Assembly (NCBI RefSeq): GCF_003019815.1
Contig: NZ_CP027773.1
Location: 5,019,324-5,083,323 of the forward strand
Direction: 5' to 3'
DNA: 64,000 nucleotides
Source of the DNA: Variovorax sp. PMC12
Lineage (GTDB): Bacteria; Pseudomonadota; Gammaproteobacteria; Burkholderiales; Burkholderiaceae_C
Made by a program: the position numbers and the translations under genes. Below, one piece after another: positions 38,068 through 47,961 of the stretch (its first letter is position 1; each line of letters starts with the position of its first letter). The notes beneath the pieces were generated by a model, which made no database searches, was not told the DNA's origin, and saw only the letters and a program-made list of their open reading frames with translations.

Positions 38068-39132
38068 ATGACCACCTCCTCATTCGTCTACAACAGCGTG
38101 CCCCAGCGGGTGGTGTTCGGCGCGGGGTCGCTGCAGCATCTGGCGCGCGAGATCGATGCGCTGGGCGCAAGGCGCGCGCTGGTGCTCTCCACGCCCGAGC
38201 AGCGCCCGCAGGCCGAGCGCGTGGCGGCCATGCTGGGCGGCCACGCGGCCGGTGTGTTCGACCGGGCGGTGATGCACGTGCCCATCGAGACCGCTCGCGA
38301 GGCCAGGGAGGTGGTGCAGCGCCTGGGCGCCGATTGCGCGGTGGCCATCGGCGGGGGCTCCACCACCGGTCTGGGCAAGGCGATCGCGCTCGACTCCGGG
38401 CTGCCGATCCTCGCCATACCGACCACCTATGCGGGTTCCGAGATGACGCCGATCTACGGCCTCACCGAAGCCGGCATGAAGAAGACGGGCAAGGACATCC
38501 GGGTGCTGCCGCGCACGGTGATCTACGACCCGGAGCTTTCCTTGAGCCTGCCCGTGGGCATCAGCGTGACAAGCGGCATCAACGCCATCGCGCATGCGGC
38601 CGAGGGGCTCTACGCGGTCGATTCGAATCCGGTGATGGACCTGATGGCGCAGGAGGGCATTGCCGCGCTGGGCCGGGCGCTGCCCGCCATCCGCGCCACA
38701 CCGCAAGACCCGGGCGCTCGCGGCGATGCGCTCTATGGCGCCTGGCTCTGCGGCGCGGTGCTGGGCAATGTCGGCATGGCACTGCACCACAAGCTGTGCC
38801 ACACGCTGGGCGGCAGCTTCAACCTGCCGCACGCGGAGACGCACACCATCGTGCTGCCGCATGCGCTGGCCTACAACGCGGAAGCGGCGCCGCAGGCCAT
38901 GGCGCGCATATTGAAGGCGCTCGGGGGAAGCAGCAGCGCCGCGCAGGCCGTGTACGACCTGGCACGCGACAACGGCGCGCCTGTCGCGTTGCGCGACATC
39001 GGCATGAAGGAGTCCGATCTCGACCTGGCCTGCGAGCGTGCGCTCAAGAACCAGTATCCCAATCCGCGCCCGCTGGAGCGCGATGCGATCCGCGCCCTGC
39101 TGCAGAACGCCTGGGAAGGCGTGCGGCCCTGA
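38068..39132 (+). CDS. Maleylacetate reductase (iron-containing alcohol dehydrogenase family)
   Basis: MTTSSFVYNSVPQRVVFGAGSL.. and Fe-ADH fold motifs (GGGSTTGLGKAIA). ATG at 38068 with RBS. The upstream in-frame extension is discounted. Confidence 0.8.
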   Translation: MTTSSFVYNSVPQRVVFGAGSLQHLAREIDALGARRALVLSTPEQRPQAERVAAMLGGHAAGVFDRAVMHVPIETAREAREVVQRLGADCAVAIGGGSTTGLGKAIALDSGLPILAIPTTYAGSEMTPIYGLTEAGMKKTGKDIRVLPRTVIYDPELSLSLPVGISVTSGINAIAHAAEGLYAVDSNPVMDLMAQEGIAALGRALPAIRATPQDPGARGDALYGAWLCGAVLGNVGMALHHKLCHTLGGSFNLPHAETHTIVLPHALAYNAEAAPQAMARILKALGGSSSAAQAVYDLARDNGAPVALRDIGMKESDLDLACERALKNQYPNPRPLERDAIRALLQNAWEGVRP

Positions 39133-39159
39133 ACCGGCGGGGCAGGGCCGCGTGCGGCT

Positions 39160-39525
39160 TTACAGGCCGGCCTGGCGGGTGAAGGACACGCTGGGCTTCT
39201 TGTAGGCCTGCGGTACTTCGTCGCGGTAGAAGGCGCGGCGGTCCAGGCTTTGCAGCGGGTTGTGCGCGGCGGCCACGGCCTGGTCGCGGACCGTGCCGCG
39301 GTCAAGCGTGGAATTGAAAGCCACGGCGCCTTCGGCGGCGGTGTCCGAATAGGCGTTGCCTTCGCGCGTGGCGGCCACGGCTTCGGCCTTCACGTCGGCG
39401 CGGCTGGCGGACGAGGTGATGGCATGCACGCCCTCATAGGTTTCTGCATGTGCCGCACCGGCGGCGCCCAGCAGGGCGAAGGCGGCGGCAAAAGCGGAAG
39501 CGGCGATGCGTTGCTTGGTGTTCAT
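39160..39525 (-). CDS. Secreted DUF4148-like protein
   Basis: Signal peptide MNTKQRIAASAFAAAFALLGAAGAAHA and a DUF4148-type mature region. Paralog of the gene at 22388. Confidence 0.6.
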   Translation of the reverse strand: MNTKQRIAASAFAAAFALLGAAGAAHAETYEGVHAITSSASRADVKAEAVAATREGNAYSDTAAEGAVAFNSTLDRGTVRDQAVAAAHNPLQSLDRRAFYRDEVPQAYKKPSVSFTRQAGL

Positions 39526-39642
39526 GGTGAGAATCCCTTTGGTTCAGTGTGTGGGCGGCGGACATTCGTCGTTGCCACAAGCTGAAGTGTGAAACCGCCG
39601 TGCGGTTTGCGATGTGCGTTTGCGCACCGCATTCGGCAACTA

Positions 39643-41304
39643 CTACGCGCATACGGCACCAGTGGATGCGTAGAGCACCGCAAGAGGTTCGGAGCGCCCG
39701 CGCACCGCGAGCGTTTCAGGCGTGCCCAGGGTGTGCGCCACGCCCGCCTGCTCGGCCGCGAACAGCGAGACGACGAGGCGCGACGCCGCCGTCTTCGAAT
39801 GGTCCTGCAGCCGGCTCGCGGTGTTCACCACTTCGCCGATGGCGGTGAAGGTGGTGGTTTCCAGGTAGCCCACCTCGCCCACCGCGGCGCGGCCCGCATG
39901 CAGGCCCATGCCGAACTCCAGCCGCTGGCCGAACTGCGCCTCGAAGCCCTGGCTCCATGCGTCCATGCGCTCGCCGATCAGCTCGGTCGCGCGCAGCGCC
40001 TGCCTGCAGGCGGTCGGCAGGTCGCAGTCGAGCCCGAAGATGGCCATCACGCTGTCGCCGATGAACTGGTTGGGCACGCCGCCGCTCTCGCGCACGGCCG
40101 CGCCCACGGTGGCGAAGTAGCGATCGAGCACATAGGCCAGGTCGAAGGGCCACTGCCGCTCCGACAGGCCTGACCAGCGCCGCAGGTCGACGAACAGGAT
40201 CGCCACGTCTCGCTCGCGCCCGAAGCTGCCGACCGGCGCGGGCCGGCCTTCGTTGGGCAGCGGCGCGAACAGCGGCGTCACCTCGATGTCGCCGCGCGGG
40301 CGCAGCTGACAGGCCAGCCGCACGTCGGCGGGCGCGCGCACGCGCTCCAGCGTGCGTTGCTCGTCGCGGCCCGCTTCTCCGACGTGCTCCGCCGGGCCGG
40401 CCACGCGCACCCGGCAGGTCGAGCAGCGCGCCCGGCCGCCGCAGATCGACAGGTGGTCGATGCCGTGCGAACGGCTCGCCTCCAGCACGCTCCAGCCGCG
40501 CGGCACCTGCACCGTGCGGTCGGGATAGCGCAGCGTGATCGACGGCTGTCGCGACCAGCGCGCGAAAGCGTTGCGCCCCCAGCGCGCCAGAAGCAGCAGG
40601 GCCAGCGCCAGTCCGTAGAACCACTTGATGCTGTCTTCGGCCGTACCGAGCGCCTTGCCCTGCTCGGGCGTCGGCAGCACGACGGGCGGCACGCCGGTCC
40701 ACTGGAACTCCCGGCCCATCGACACGAAGCCCATCGCCGCCGTCAGCGGCAGCGTCACGGCCACGGCCAGCAGCAGGTAGGAAAAGCGCCGGTACGCCGG
40801 CTGCGCCCGCAGCGCGAAGTGCAGGCCGAGGCAGCCGTGGGTCCAGGCCGCCAGCATCATCACCAATTGCGCGGCCGCGCCCTGCCAGTCCCACAGGCCC
40901 CAGACCACCCGCACGTACGAGCCCTCGATGCCGTAGGCCATGTAGGCGCCGCGCATGGCCGTGAGGTGGGTGGCCAGCAGCAGCGGCAGCGCAAAGCCCA
41001 GCAGCACCCGCAGGCCCTCCAGCGGCGGCATGCGCAGGGTGCGCCGCTCCCACAGCGCGACCACGGCCAGCACGAGGTGGGTGCCCGCGGCGCCATACAG
41101 CAGCGCGGTGCCGGGCAGGCTGTGCCAGAACTTCTGCACGCCGCGCAGCACGGTTTCGGCGGCGGCAAACGAATAGATGCCGAGCGAATGGTTCAGCAGG
41201 TGAACCGTGATGTAGGCCATCAGCACCAGCCCGCTCGCCCAGCGGAGATTGCGCCGTGTCGGCGTTCTCGGGGAAAAGTGCGGTTGGGGGGAACGTCTGT
41301 CCAT
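39643..41304 (-). CDS. Membrane-bound class III adenylate/guanylate cyclase with an N-terminal 6-TM His-containing domain and a plant-type 2Fe-2S ferredoxin domain
   Basis: TM helices carrying conserved His (HLLNH, THLTA, WTHGCLGLH). 2Fe-2S Cys pattern ICGGRARCSTCRV...C. C-terminal cyclase domain (FVDLRRWSG...GDSVMAIFG...GLHAGRAAVGEVG). Confidence 0.75.
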   Translation of the reverse strand: MDRRSPQPHFSPRTPTRRNLRWASGLVLMAYITVHLLNHSLGIYSFAAAETVLRGVQKFWHSLPGTALLYGAAGTHLVLAVVALWERRTLRMPPLEGLRVLLGFALPLLLATHLTAMRGAYMAYGIEGSYVRVVWGLWDWQGAAAQLVMMLAAWTHGCLGLHFALRAQPAYRRFSYLLLAVAVTLPLTAAMGFVSMGREFQWTGVPPVVLPTPEQGKALGTAEDSIKWFYGLALALLLLARWGRNAFARWSRQPSITLRYPDRTVQVPRGWSVLEASRSHGIDHLSICGGRARCSTCRVRVAGPAEHVGEAGRDEQRTLERVRAPADVRLACQLRPRGDIEVTPLFAPLPNEGRPAPVGSFGRERDVAILFVDLRRWSGLSERQWPFDLAYVLDRYFATVGAAVRESGGVPNQFIGDSVMAIFGLDCDLPTACRQALRATELIGERMDAWSQGFEAQFGQRLEFGMGLHAGRAAVGEVGYLETTTFTAIGEVVNTASRLQDHSKTAASRLVVSLFAAEQAGVAHTLGTPETLAVRGRSEPLAVLYASTGAVCA

Positions 41305-41370
41305 GAACGGGTTCGAAGCGGCTCCCGAGCATAATCCGCGCGCTCATCCCCCTTGACCACAGACCCCGGC

Positions 41371-42099
41371 ATGGACAAACCAGACCCTGTCCCGCGTTCC
41401 AGCCTCGCACTGCGCCAGATCGCGCTGCTCGAAGGCCTCTCCGACCAGCGGCTGGACCTGCTGGCCCGGCAATGCCTGTGGCACAGCGTGGAAGCCGGCA
41501 AGCCCCTGCTGCTGCGCGCCGAGCAGCAGGGCGAGGTGTTCCTGCTGGTCTCGGGCCGGGTGCGGGTGACGACCTATTCGGCCAACGGCCGGCAGGTGAC
41601 CTTCCGCGACTCGGAGGCCGGGGAGCATTTCGGCGACATCGCCGCCATCGACGGCGGCCCGCGCTCGGCCGACGTCGTCACCCTTGCGCCCAGCGTGGTC
41701 GCCAGCCTGGACCGTGCCGCCTTCATGGCCCTTTTGCGCGACGAGCCGCTGGTGGCTGAGCGGGTGATGCTGCGGCTGGCTTCGCTGGTGCGGCAGCTGT
41801 CGGAACGGGTGATCGACCTGAGCACCCTGGGCGTGCAGAACCGGCTGCACGCCGAGCTGCTGCGCCTGGCCCGTGCCGCCGGCCCGCATGGCGGGGACGC
41901 CAACCAGGCCCGGCTGGACCCCGCGCCCAAGCATGCGGCGCTGGCCAGCCAGATCAGCACCAACCGCGAGCAGGTCACCCGCGAACTCAACGTGCTGGTG
42001 CGCAGCGGCGTGCTGCGCAAGGACGACAAGGCCCTGCTGGTGGCCGACATCGCCCGCCTCGAGGCGATGGTCTCGCAGGTGCGGGGCGACGCCGGCTGA
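41371..42099 (+). CDS. Crp/Fnr-family transcriptional regulator (cNMP-binding domain plus HTH)
   Basis: cNMP-binding domain (..GEHFGDIAAIDGGPRSADVVTLAP..) and C-terminal HTH (SQISTNREQVTRELNVL). The track start at 41353 is a TTG, and the ATG at 41371 was used. Confidence 0.75.
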   Translation: MDKPDPVPRSSLALRQIALLEGLSDQRLDLLARQCLWHSVEAGKPLLLRAEQQGEVFLLVSGRVRVTTYSANGRQVTFRDSEAGEHFGDIAAIDGGPRSADVVTLAPSVVASLDRAAFMALLRDEPLVAERVMLRLASLVRQLSERVIDLSTLGVQNRLHAELLRLARAAGPHGGDANQARLDPAPKHAALASQISTNREQVTRELNVLVRSGVLRKDDKALLVADIARLEAMVSQVRGDAG

Positions 42100-42111
42100 A
42101 CCGGCCGGCCG

Positions 42112-42585
42112 TCAGTTGAAGCGGCCGTTGCGGCCGCCGATGCTGAAGCGGCCGGCGCCCAGCAGCACCACCGTCAGTGCGCCGAACAGGTACAGGCCCT
42201 GCAGTTCCAGCGCCCAGCCGCCCTGCTTGGTCAGCGCGAACAGGTCGGCCATGTGCACGAGGCCGAAAGCCACCAGCATGTTGATCACCACCACGCCGGC
42301 GGCGGCGCGGGTGAAGAGGCCCGCGATCATCAGCAGCGGCGCGACGATTTCGCCGACGTACACCAGGTAGGCGATGCCGCCCGGCAGCCCGGCCTTGGCC
42401 AGCATGCCCGCGATGAAGCCGACGCCCGCCGACAGCTTGAAGATGCCGTGCAGCAGCACCAGGAAGCCGACCGTCACGCGGATCAGCAGCTTGCCGGAGT
42501 CGTCCAGCGTGGTGGGGGAGACGGCGGAAAGCGGCGATGCGATCGGCGCACGTGGGGTGTTGGCGGCTGCGGCCTGGGTGTTCAT
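42112..42585 (-). CDS. DoxX-family membrane protein
   Basis: LLIRVTVGFLVLLHGIFKL.. DoxX pattern. ATG at 42585. Confidence 0.7.
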   Translation of the reverse strand: MNTQAAAANTPRAPIASPLSAVSPTTLDDSGKLLIRVTVGFLVLLHGIFKLSAGVGFIAGMLAKAGLPGGIAYLVYVGEIVAPLLMIAGLFTRAAAGVVVINMLVAFGLVHMADLFALTKQGGWALELQGLYLFGALTVVLLGAGRFSIGGRNGRFN

Positions 42586-42700
42586 GGCGGATCCTTGGAA
42601 ATTGAAGGCCGCCGCGAAATGCGACGGTTGCGCCGCCAGTGTGCGCAGCCGCCGGAAAGCGGGATGTGCGTAAACGCACATGTTTTGCCGCAAAGCCGCC

Positions 42701-43630
42701 TCAGCGCGCGCCGAAATGGCTGGTCCACTTGCGTTCGTAGTCCATCTTCGCGAAGTGCGCCGCCATGAAGTCGATGAAGCTGCGCACCTTGGCCGACAGG
42801 TGCTTGCGGCTCGGATACGCCAGGTTGATGGTCAGGTGCGGCAGGTCCCAGTCGTCCAGCGTGGGCACCAGCCGGCCGGCCACGACGTCGTCGTAGACGA
42901 TGTAGGTCGGCTGCACCAGGATCCCCATGCCGTCGAGCGCGGCGGCCCGCAGCACCTGGCCGTCGTTCGACTCGAGCAGCCCGGTGACCGACACCGTTCG
43001 CGTCTCGCCCCGGCGGCTGAAGCGCAGCTCGTTCGGGTTGTTGGCGTGGGTGTAGATCAGCAGCTTGTGCCGCGCGAGTTCTTCCAGCGTCTTCGGAAAG
43101 CCGTGCTGCGCAAAGTAGCGCGGTGACGCCACCAGGATGCGCCGCGTCTCGCCCAACCGGCGGATCGTGACGTTCGAGTCGGGCTCGAACTCACGCGTGC
43201 GGATCGCCACGTCGATGTTGTTGTCGATCAGGTCGAAGTACCGGTTGGCGGCTTCCACGTGCACCGTCACGCCCGGATAGCGCTGGGTGTATTCGCGCAG
43301 CAGCGGCGCGATGTGGTGGATGGAGAACGACAGCGACGCCGTCACCCGCAGCGTGCCGGTCGGGTTGAAGGCGGTGGCGTTGACCGTCGATTCCGCATCT
43401 GCCAGGTCGCTCAGGATGGCGCGGGCGCGGCCGCAGAACTCGCGGCCCGTGTCGGTCAGGTAGAGCCGGCGGGTGTTGCGCTCCACCAGCCGCGCGCCCA
43501 GGCGGTCCTCCAGCGCACTCAGGTGCCGGCTCGCGGCGGCGTTGGAAAGGCCCAGCGCCTCGGCCGCCCGGCTCAGGCTGCCGGCATCGGCGATCTGCAC
43601 GAGCAGGGCGATTTCGGTCCAGCGGTCCAT
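42701..43630 (-). CDS. LysR-family transcriptional regulator
   Basis: MDRWTEIALLVQIADAGSLSRAAEALGLSNAAASRHLSALE is a LysR HTH. Divergent from the hydroxyquinol dioxygenase gene. Confidence 0.85.
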   Translation of the reverse strand: MDRWTEIALLVQIADAGSLSRAAEALGLSNAAASRHLSALEDRLGARLVERNTRRLYLTDTGREFCGRARAILSDLADAESTVNATAFNPTGTLRVTASLSFSIHHIAPLLREYTQRYPGVTVHVEAANRYFDLIDNNIDVAIRTREFEPDSNVTIRRLGETRRILVASPRYFAQHGFPKTLEELARHKLLIYTHANNPNELRFSRRGETRTVSVTGLLESNDGQVLRAAALDGMGILVQPTYIVYDDVVAGRLVPTLDDWDLPHLTINLAYPSRKHLSAKVRSFIDFMAAHFAKMDYERKWTSHFGAR

Positions 43631-43797
43631 GGGGCGGTGTCTCCGGGGCTTGTCTTCTGTGTGTTCGGACGATTTTGGCGCAGCGGCGTTGCGACCGTTC
43701 CGCTGGGCGGAAAAATCATTTGCGCCCGGCGGCTTTCGGCGCGGCGGCGCGCGGCCTAAAGTGCGCCGTACCTACGAGACGACATGGAGACACCACG

Positions 43798-44643
43798 ATG
43801 CGCAACCTCAACCAGGACAACATCACGCAGGCCGTGCTTGCGCGCTTCGCCGACACGCCAGACCCTCGCCTGCGCGAGATCATGACCAGCCTGGTGCAGC
43901 ACCTACACGCCTTTGCGCGCGAGGTGAAGCTCACCGAGGACGAGTGGTTCCAGGGCATCCAGTACCTCACGGCCACCGGCCAGAAGTGCGACGACAAGCG
44001 GCAGGAATTCATCCTGCTGTCGGACGTGCTGGGCCTGTCGATGCTCACCATCGCGATGAACAACGACAAGCCCGCGGGCTGCACCGAGGCCACGGTGTTC
44101 GGCCCCTTCTACTTCGACGGTGCCCCCGAGTACGAGCACGGCGACGACGTGGCCAACGGCGCCGAGGGCGAGCCCTGCGACGTGCATGCCACCGTGCGCG
44201 GGCTCGGCGGCGAGCCGGTGTCCGGCGCGGTCGTCGACGTGTGGCAGGCCGACGCCGGCGGCCACTACGACGTGCAGCACGCCGGGCTCGACCATGCGGA
44301 GAACCGTGGCACGCTGCGCACCGGGCCAGACGGCTCGCTGCATTTCCGCAGCGTGGTGGCGGTGGCGTACCCGATCCCGGTCGACGGCCCCGTGGGCGAC
44401 CTGCTGCGCGCGACGAAGCGCCACCCGTGGCGGCCCGCGCACCTGCATTTCAAGATCGAGGCGCCGGGCTACGAGCGGCTCATCACGCACGTGTTCCGCG
44501 ACGGCGACGAATGGCTGGACTCCGACGCCGTGTTCGCGGTGCGCCAGTCGCTGGTCGCGCCGTGGAAGAAGCAGGACAACGGCCGCTGGCGCCTGGACTT
44601 CGACTTCGTGCTCAATCCGCTGAAGCAGCCGGCCCGGCAGTAG
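43798..44643 (+). CDS. Intradiol ring-cleavage dioxygenase, hydroxyquinol 1,2-dioxygenase-like
   Basis: Intradiol dioxygenase core (..GAVVDVWQADAGGHYDVQH...RPAHLHFKIEAPGYERLITHVF..). First ATG at 43798. Confidence 0.75.
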   Translation: MRNLNQDNITQAVLARFADTPDPRLREIMTSLVQHLHAFAREVKLTEDEWFQGIQYLTATGQKCDDKRQEFILLSDVLGLSMLTIAMNNDKPAGCTEATVFGPFYFDGAPEYEHGDDVANGAEGEPCDVHATVRGLGGEPVSGAVVDVWQADAGGHYDVQHAGLDHAENRGTLRTGPDGSLHFRSVVAVAYPIPVDGPVGDLLRATKRHPWRPAHLHFKIEAPGYERLITHVFRDGDEWLDSDAVFAVRQSLVAPWKKQDNGRWRLDFDFVLNPLKQPARQ

Positions 44644-44736
44644 GAGGCAAGGCCGGCGGCGCCGGGCGCGTTCCGCGCCATCCTGCTACGCTCGGAAGGC
44701 CCGCCCGCATGGCGGGTTTTCTTTTGCCTTCCGCCC

Positions 44737-45495
44737 ATGGTTTTCCCCCTGATCACCGACCCGCATTTCTATGCGGTCGCCATTCCCGCCGTGCTGCTGC
44801 TCGGCATCAGCAAGAGCGGCTTCGGCGCCGGCTTCGGGTCGCTCGCGGTGCCGCTGATGGCCCTGGCCGTCACCGTGCCGCAGGCAGCCGCCATCCTGAT
44901 GCCGCTGTTGCTGCTGATGGACGTGCTGGGCCTGGCCGCGTTCCGGCGCGACTTCGACCGCTCGCTGCTCAAGTTCCTGATTCCGTTCGGCCTGCTGGGC
45001 ACGGTGATCGGCACGCTGCTGTTTCGCATGCTGCCGGCGCACACGGTGGCGGGCATCGTCGGCGTGTTCACGCTGCTGTTCCTGGCGCAGCGCCTGCTGT
45101 TCCCGCCCAAGCCTGACGACCCGCTGCCCTCGCGCCGCGTGGGCGCGGTGCTGACCACCGTGTCGGGCTTCACCAGCTTCATCGCGCATGCGGGCGGCCC
45201 GCCCATCAACGCCTACGTGATTCCGCTGCGGCTCAAGCCCGTGATCTTCACGGCCACCATGGCGTATTTCTTCTTCGTGGTGAACCTCAGCAAGTGGATT
45301 CCCTACGCCTGGCTGGGCCTCATCGACTTGCGCACGCTGGCCACTTCGCTGGTGCTGATGCCGATCGCGCCGTTCGGCGTGTGGGTCGGCATCCGCATTG
45401 CGCGGCGTATCGACGCGACCTGGTTCTATCGCTTCGTGTACCTGGGCATGCTGCTCACGGGCCTGAAGCTCGTCTACGACGGATTCATCGCCTGA
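44737..45495 (+). CDS. TauE/SafE-family sulfite or anion exporter
   Basis: 252-aa polytopic membrane protein with the TauE/SafE Gly-rich N-terminus (LLLGISKSGFGAGFGSLAVPLM). Confidence 0.7.
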   Translation: MVFPLITDPHFYAVAIPAVLLLGISKSGFGAGFGSLAVPLMALAVTVPQAAAILMPLLLLMDVLGLAAFRRDFDRSLLKFLIPFGLLGTVIGTLLFRMLPAHTVAGIVGVFTLLFLAQRLLFPPKPDDPLPSRRVGAVLTTVSGFTSFIAHAGGPPINAYVIPLRLKPVIFTATMAYFFFVVNLSKWIPYAWLGLIDLRTLATSLVLMPIAPFGVWVGIRIARRIDATWFYRFVYLGMLLTGLKLVYDGFIA

Positions 45496-45513
45496 GGCCC
45501 GCGCGGCGGCCCG

Positions 45514-45873
45514 TCAGAACTCGACGATCGACTTGAAGCCGCCGAAGATCATGCGCCTGGCGTCGAAGGGCATGGTCTTGGGGTCCATCGATGCGATGCG
45601 CGGGTCGGCCATCACCTTGGCGTTCACCGTGTCGCGGTGCTTGCGCGACTTGTAGGTGATCCACGAGAAGGCCACGGTCTCGTCGGCCTTCTGCTTCACG
45701 CTCTGTGGAAACGAGGTCAGCTTGCCGGGCTTCACGTCGTCGGCGATGCACTCGACGTATTCGAGCGCGCCGTATTCCATCCAGACCTTGCCGGCCTTGC
45801 GCGCCAGCTTGCGGTAGGCCTCTACGTTGGCACTGGGAACGGCGACGATGAAACCGTCTACATAACGAGCCAT
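45514..45873 (-). CDS. DUF1428-family protein
   Basis: MARYVDGFIVAVPSANVEAYRKLA.. is the typical DUF1428 start. ATG at 45873. Confidence 0.6.
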   Translation of the reverse strand: MARYVDGFIVAVPSANVEAYRKLARKAGKVWMEYGALEYVECIADDVKPGKLTSFPQSVKQKADETVAFSWITYKSRKHRDTVNAKVMADPRIASMDPKTMPFDARRMIFGGFKSIVEF

Positions 45874-45943
45874 GGAAGTTCTCCTGAACAAAGAGTGGAA
45901 CCGTTGAAGAAAAAATACCGGCGGCTGCATGTGGCCTCCTGGC

Positions 45944-47413
45944 TCACGATGCCGCCGATCCACGGGGTGCCGCTTCTTCTTCGTTGTTGTTGTCCTGCAT
46001 CTGCCCCGGCATGGTGGAGCGAAGCAGCAACGCCCCGATCAGGCCCGCCGCCGCCGCGAACACGGCGCCGACGAGAAACGCAAGGTTGTAGCCGCCGGTG
46101 AGCGCCAGCGGCATCTGCGCGCCGGCGGCCTCCATCGACGCGGTGCGCGCCGCCGCGGCGCTGGCCAGCACCGCCAGGCCCAGCGCGCCGCCCATCATGA
46201 AGGCCGTGTTGACCACGCCCGAGGCCAGGCCCGAATCGGACGGGCCCACCTCGCTCATGGCCGCCAGCAGCACCGGGTTGAACGCCATGCCCGCGCCCAG
46301 GCCGAGCAGCATCATGCCGGGCAGCACGTCGACCACGAAGCTGCCGTTGACCGGTGCGCGCGCGAACAGCGCCAGCCCGATGGCCGCGAGCCACAGCCCC
46401 GCCGCCAGCGGCTTGCGGATGCCGAAGCGCATCACGATTTTTGCCGACAGGCCCAGCGAGAACACCGCCATGATGATGTTGGCCGGCAGGAAGGCCAGGC
46501 CGATCTGCATCGGCGTGTACTGCAGCACCAGCTGCATGTAGAGCGCCGAGATGAAGAACCACGCGAACATGGCGGCCGCCCACAGCACGCCCACCACGTT
46601 GGCCACCGACACGCTGCGCAGCCGGAACAGGCCCAGCGGCATCAGCGGATGCTGCACGCGCGCCTCGATGGCGATGAACACCGCCAGCAGCACCACGGCC
46701 GCGCCGAGCAGGCCCACGGTCTGCGTGGAACCCCAGCCCGCTTCGTTGCCGTTGACCACGCCGTACACCGCCAGCATGAGCGACAGCGTGACCGTCACCG
46801 CGCCGGCCACGTCGAGCTTCTCGCCGTGCGCATGGCCGCGCGCGCTCGGCAGCAGCGCCACGCACAGCGCATACACCGCCACGCCGATCGGCAGGTTCAC
46901 CAGGAAGATCCAGTGCCAGCTCAGCGTGCTCGTGAGCAGGCCGCCCAGCAGCACGCCGATGCTGCCGCCGCCCGCGCACACGAAGCCGTACACGCCCATG
47001 GCCTTGGCGCGCTCGGCCGGCTCGGTGAAGAGGTTCATGATGAGCGAGAGCGACACGGCCGAAACCACCGCGCCGCCCAGCCCCTGGACCGCACGGGCCG
47101 CCACCAGCAGCACCTGCGAGTTGGAGATGCCGCAGGCCAGCGAGGCCAGCGTGAACAGCACCAGCCCTATGAGAAAGAGCTTGCGGTGGCCGTACAGGTC
47201 GCCGAGCCGCCCGCCCAGCAGCAGGAAGCCGCCGAAGGTCAGCATGTAGGCGTTCACCACCCAGACCAGCGATGTCTCGGTGAAGCCGAGGTCGGTGCGG
47301 ATCGAGGGCAGCGCGACGTTCACGATGGTGGTGTCCAGCACGATCATCAGCACGCCGAGGCACAGCACCATCAGCGCGAGCCAGCGCTTTCGGCTGTCGA
47401 GTGCGTCCGTCAT
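45944..47413 (-). CDS. MFS drug:H+ antiporter (DHA2/EmrB-QacA family, 14 TMS)
   Basis: MTDALDSRKRWLALMVLCLGVLMIVLDTTIVNVALPSIRTDLGF.. DHA2 motifs. ATG at 47413. Confidence 0.85.
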   Translation of the reverse strand: MTDALDSRKRWLALMVLCLGVLMIVLDTTIVNVALPSIRTDLGFTETSLVWVVNAYMLTFGGFLLLGGRLGDLYGHRKLFLIGLVLFTLASLACGISNSQVLLVAARAVQGLGGAVVSAVSLSLIMNLFTEPAERAKAMGVYGFVCAGGGSIGVLLGGLLTSTLSWHWIFLVNLPIGVAVYALCVALLPSARGHAHGEKLDVAGAVTVTLSLMLAVYGVVNGNEAGWGSTQTVGLLGAAVVLLAVFIAIEARVQHPLMPLGLFRLRSVSVANVVGVLWAAAMFAWFFISALYMQLVLQYTPMQIGLAFLPANIIMAVFSLGLSAKIVMRFGIRKPLAAGLWLAAIGLALFARAPVNGSFVVDVLPGMMLLGLGAGMAFNPVLLAAMSEVGPSDSGLASGVVNTAFMMGGALGLAVLASAAAARTASMEAAGAQMPLALTGGYNLAFLVGAVFAAAAGLIGALLLRSTMPGQMQDNNNEEEAAPRGSAAS

Positions 47414-47418
47414 GCGCG

Positions 47419-47838
47419 TCACACCAGGGGCTTGCCGCCGTTGATGAGCCAGGGCGTGCCGAAGCGGTCGGTCACCATGCCGAAGCCCTCGACCCAGAAG
47501 GTCGGGCCGAACTGCATCGTGACCTTGCCGCCCTCGGCGAAGGCGTCGAACACGCGCCGGGCTTCGGGCACCGTGTCGAGCGTGAGCGCCACGCCGAAGC
47601 CCTTCATGCCTTCGTAGGGCATGCCGGGCATGGAGTCGGAGGCCATGAGCAGGCCGTCGCCATAGGCGAGGGCGGCATGCATGATGCGGTCGGCCGCGCC
47701 GGGCGGGAACTGCTCGGCGCCGGGCGCCTGGGCCATGGTCATCATCATCTGCATCTTGCCGCCGAGCGTCTTCTCGTAGAAGCGCATGGCCTCGGCTGCA
47801 TTGCCGTCGAACGTGAGGTAGGCGTTGATGGGGGACAT
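47419..47838 (-). CDS. VOC/glyoxalase-family (PhnB-like) protein
   Basis: MSPINAYLTFDGNAAEAMRFYEKTLGG.. is a PhnB-like VOC fold. RBS AAGGAAA. Confidence 0.7.
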   Translation of the reverse strand: MSPINAYLTFDGNAAEAMRFYEKTLGGKMQMMMTMAQAPGAEQFPPGAADRIMHAALAYGDGLLMASDSMPGMPYEGMKGFGVALTLDTVPEARRVFDAFAEGGKVTMQFGPTFWVEGFGMVTDRFGTPWLINGGKPLV

Positions 47839-47961
47839 GAGAGTTTCCTTGGTTGCTTTTGAGTGGCTGTCTCGAGGTTGGCAGGGCCCCATGAGCTTGG
47901 CGACATGGGGGCTCGGGCCGTGCTTGAACCAGGTGACCCGTGACGAAAGAAAGATGCGCGG

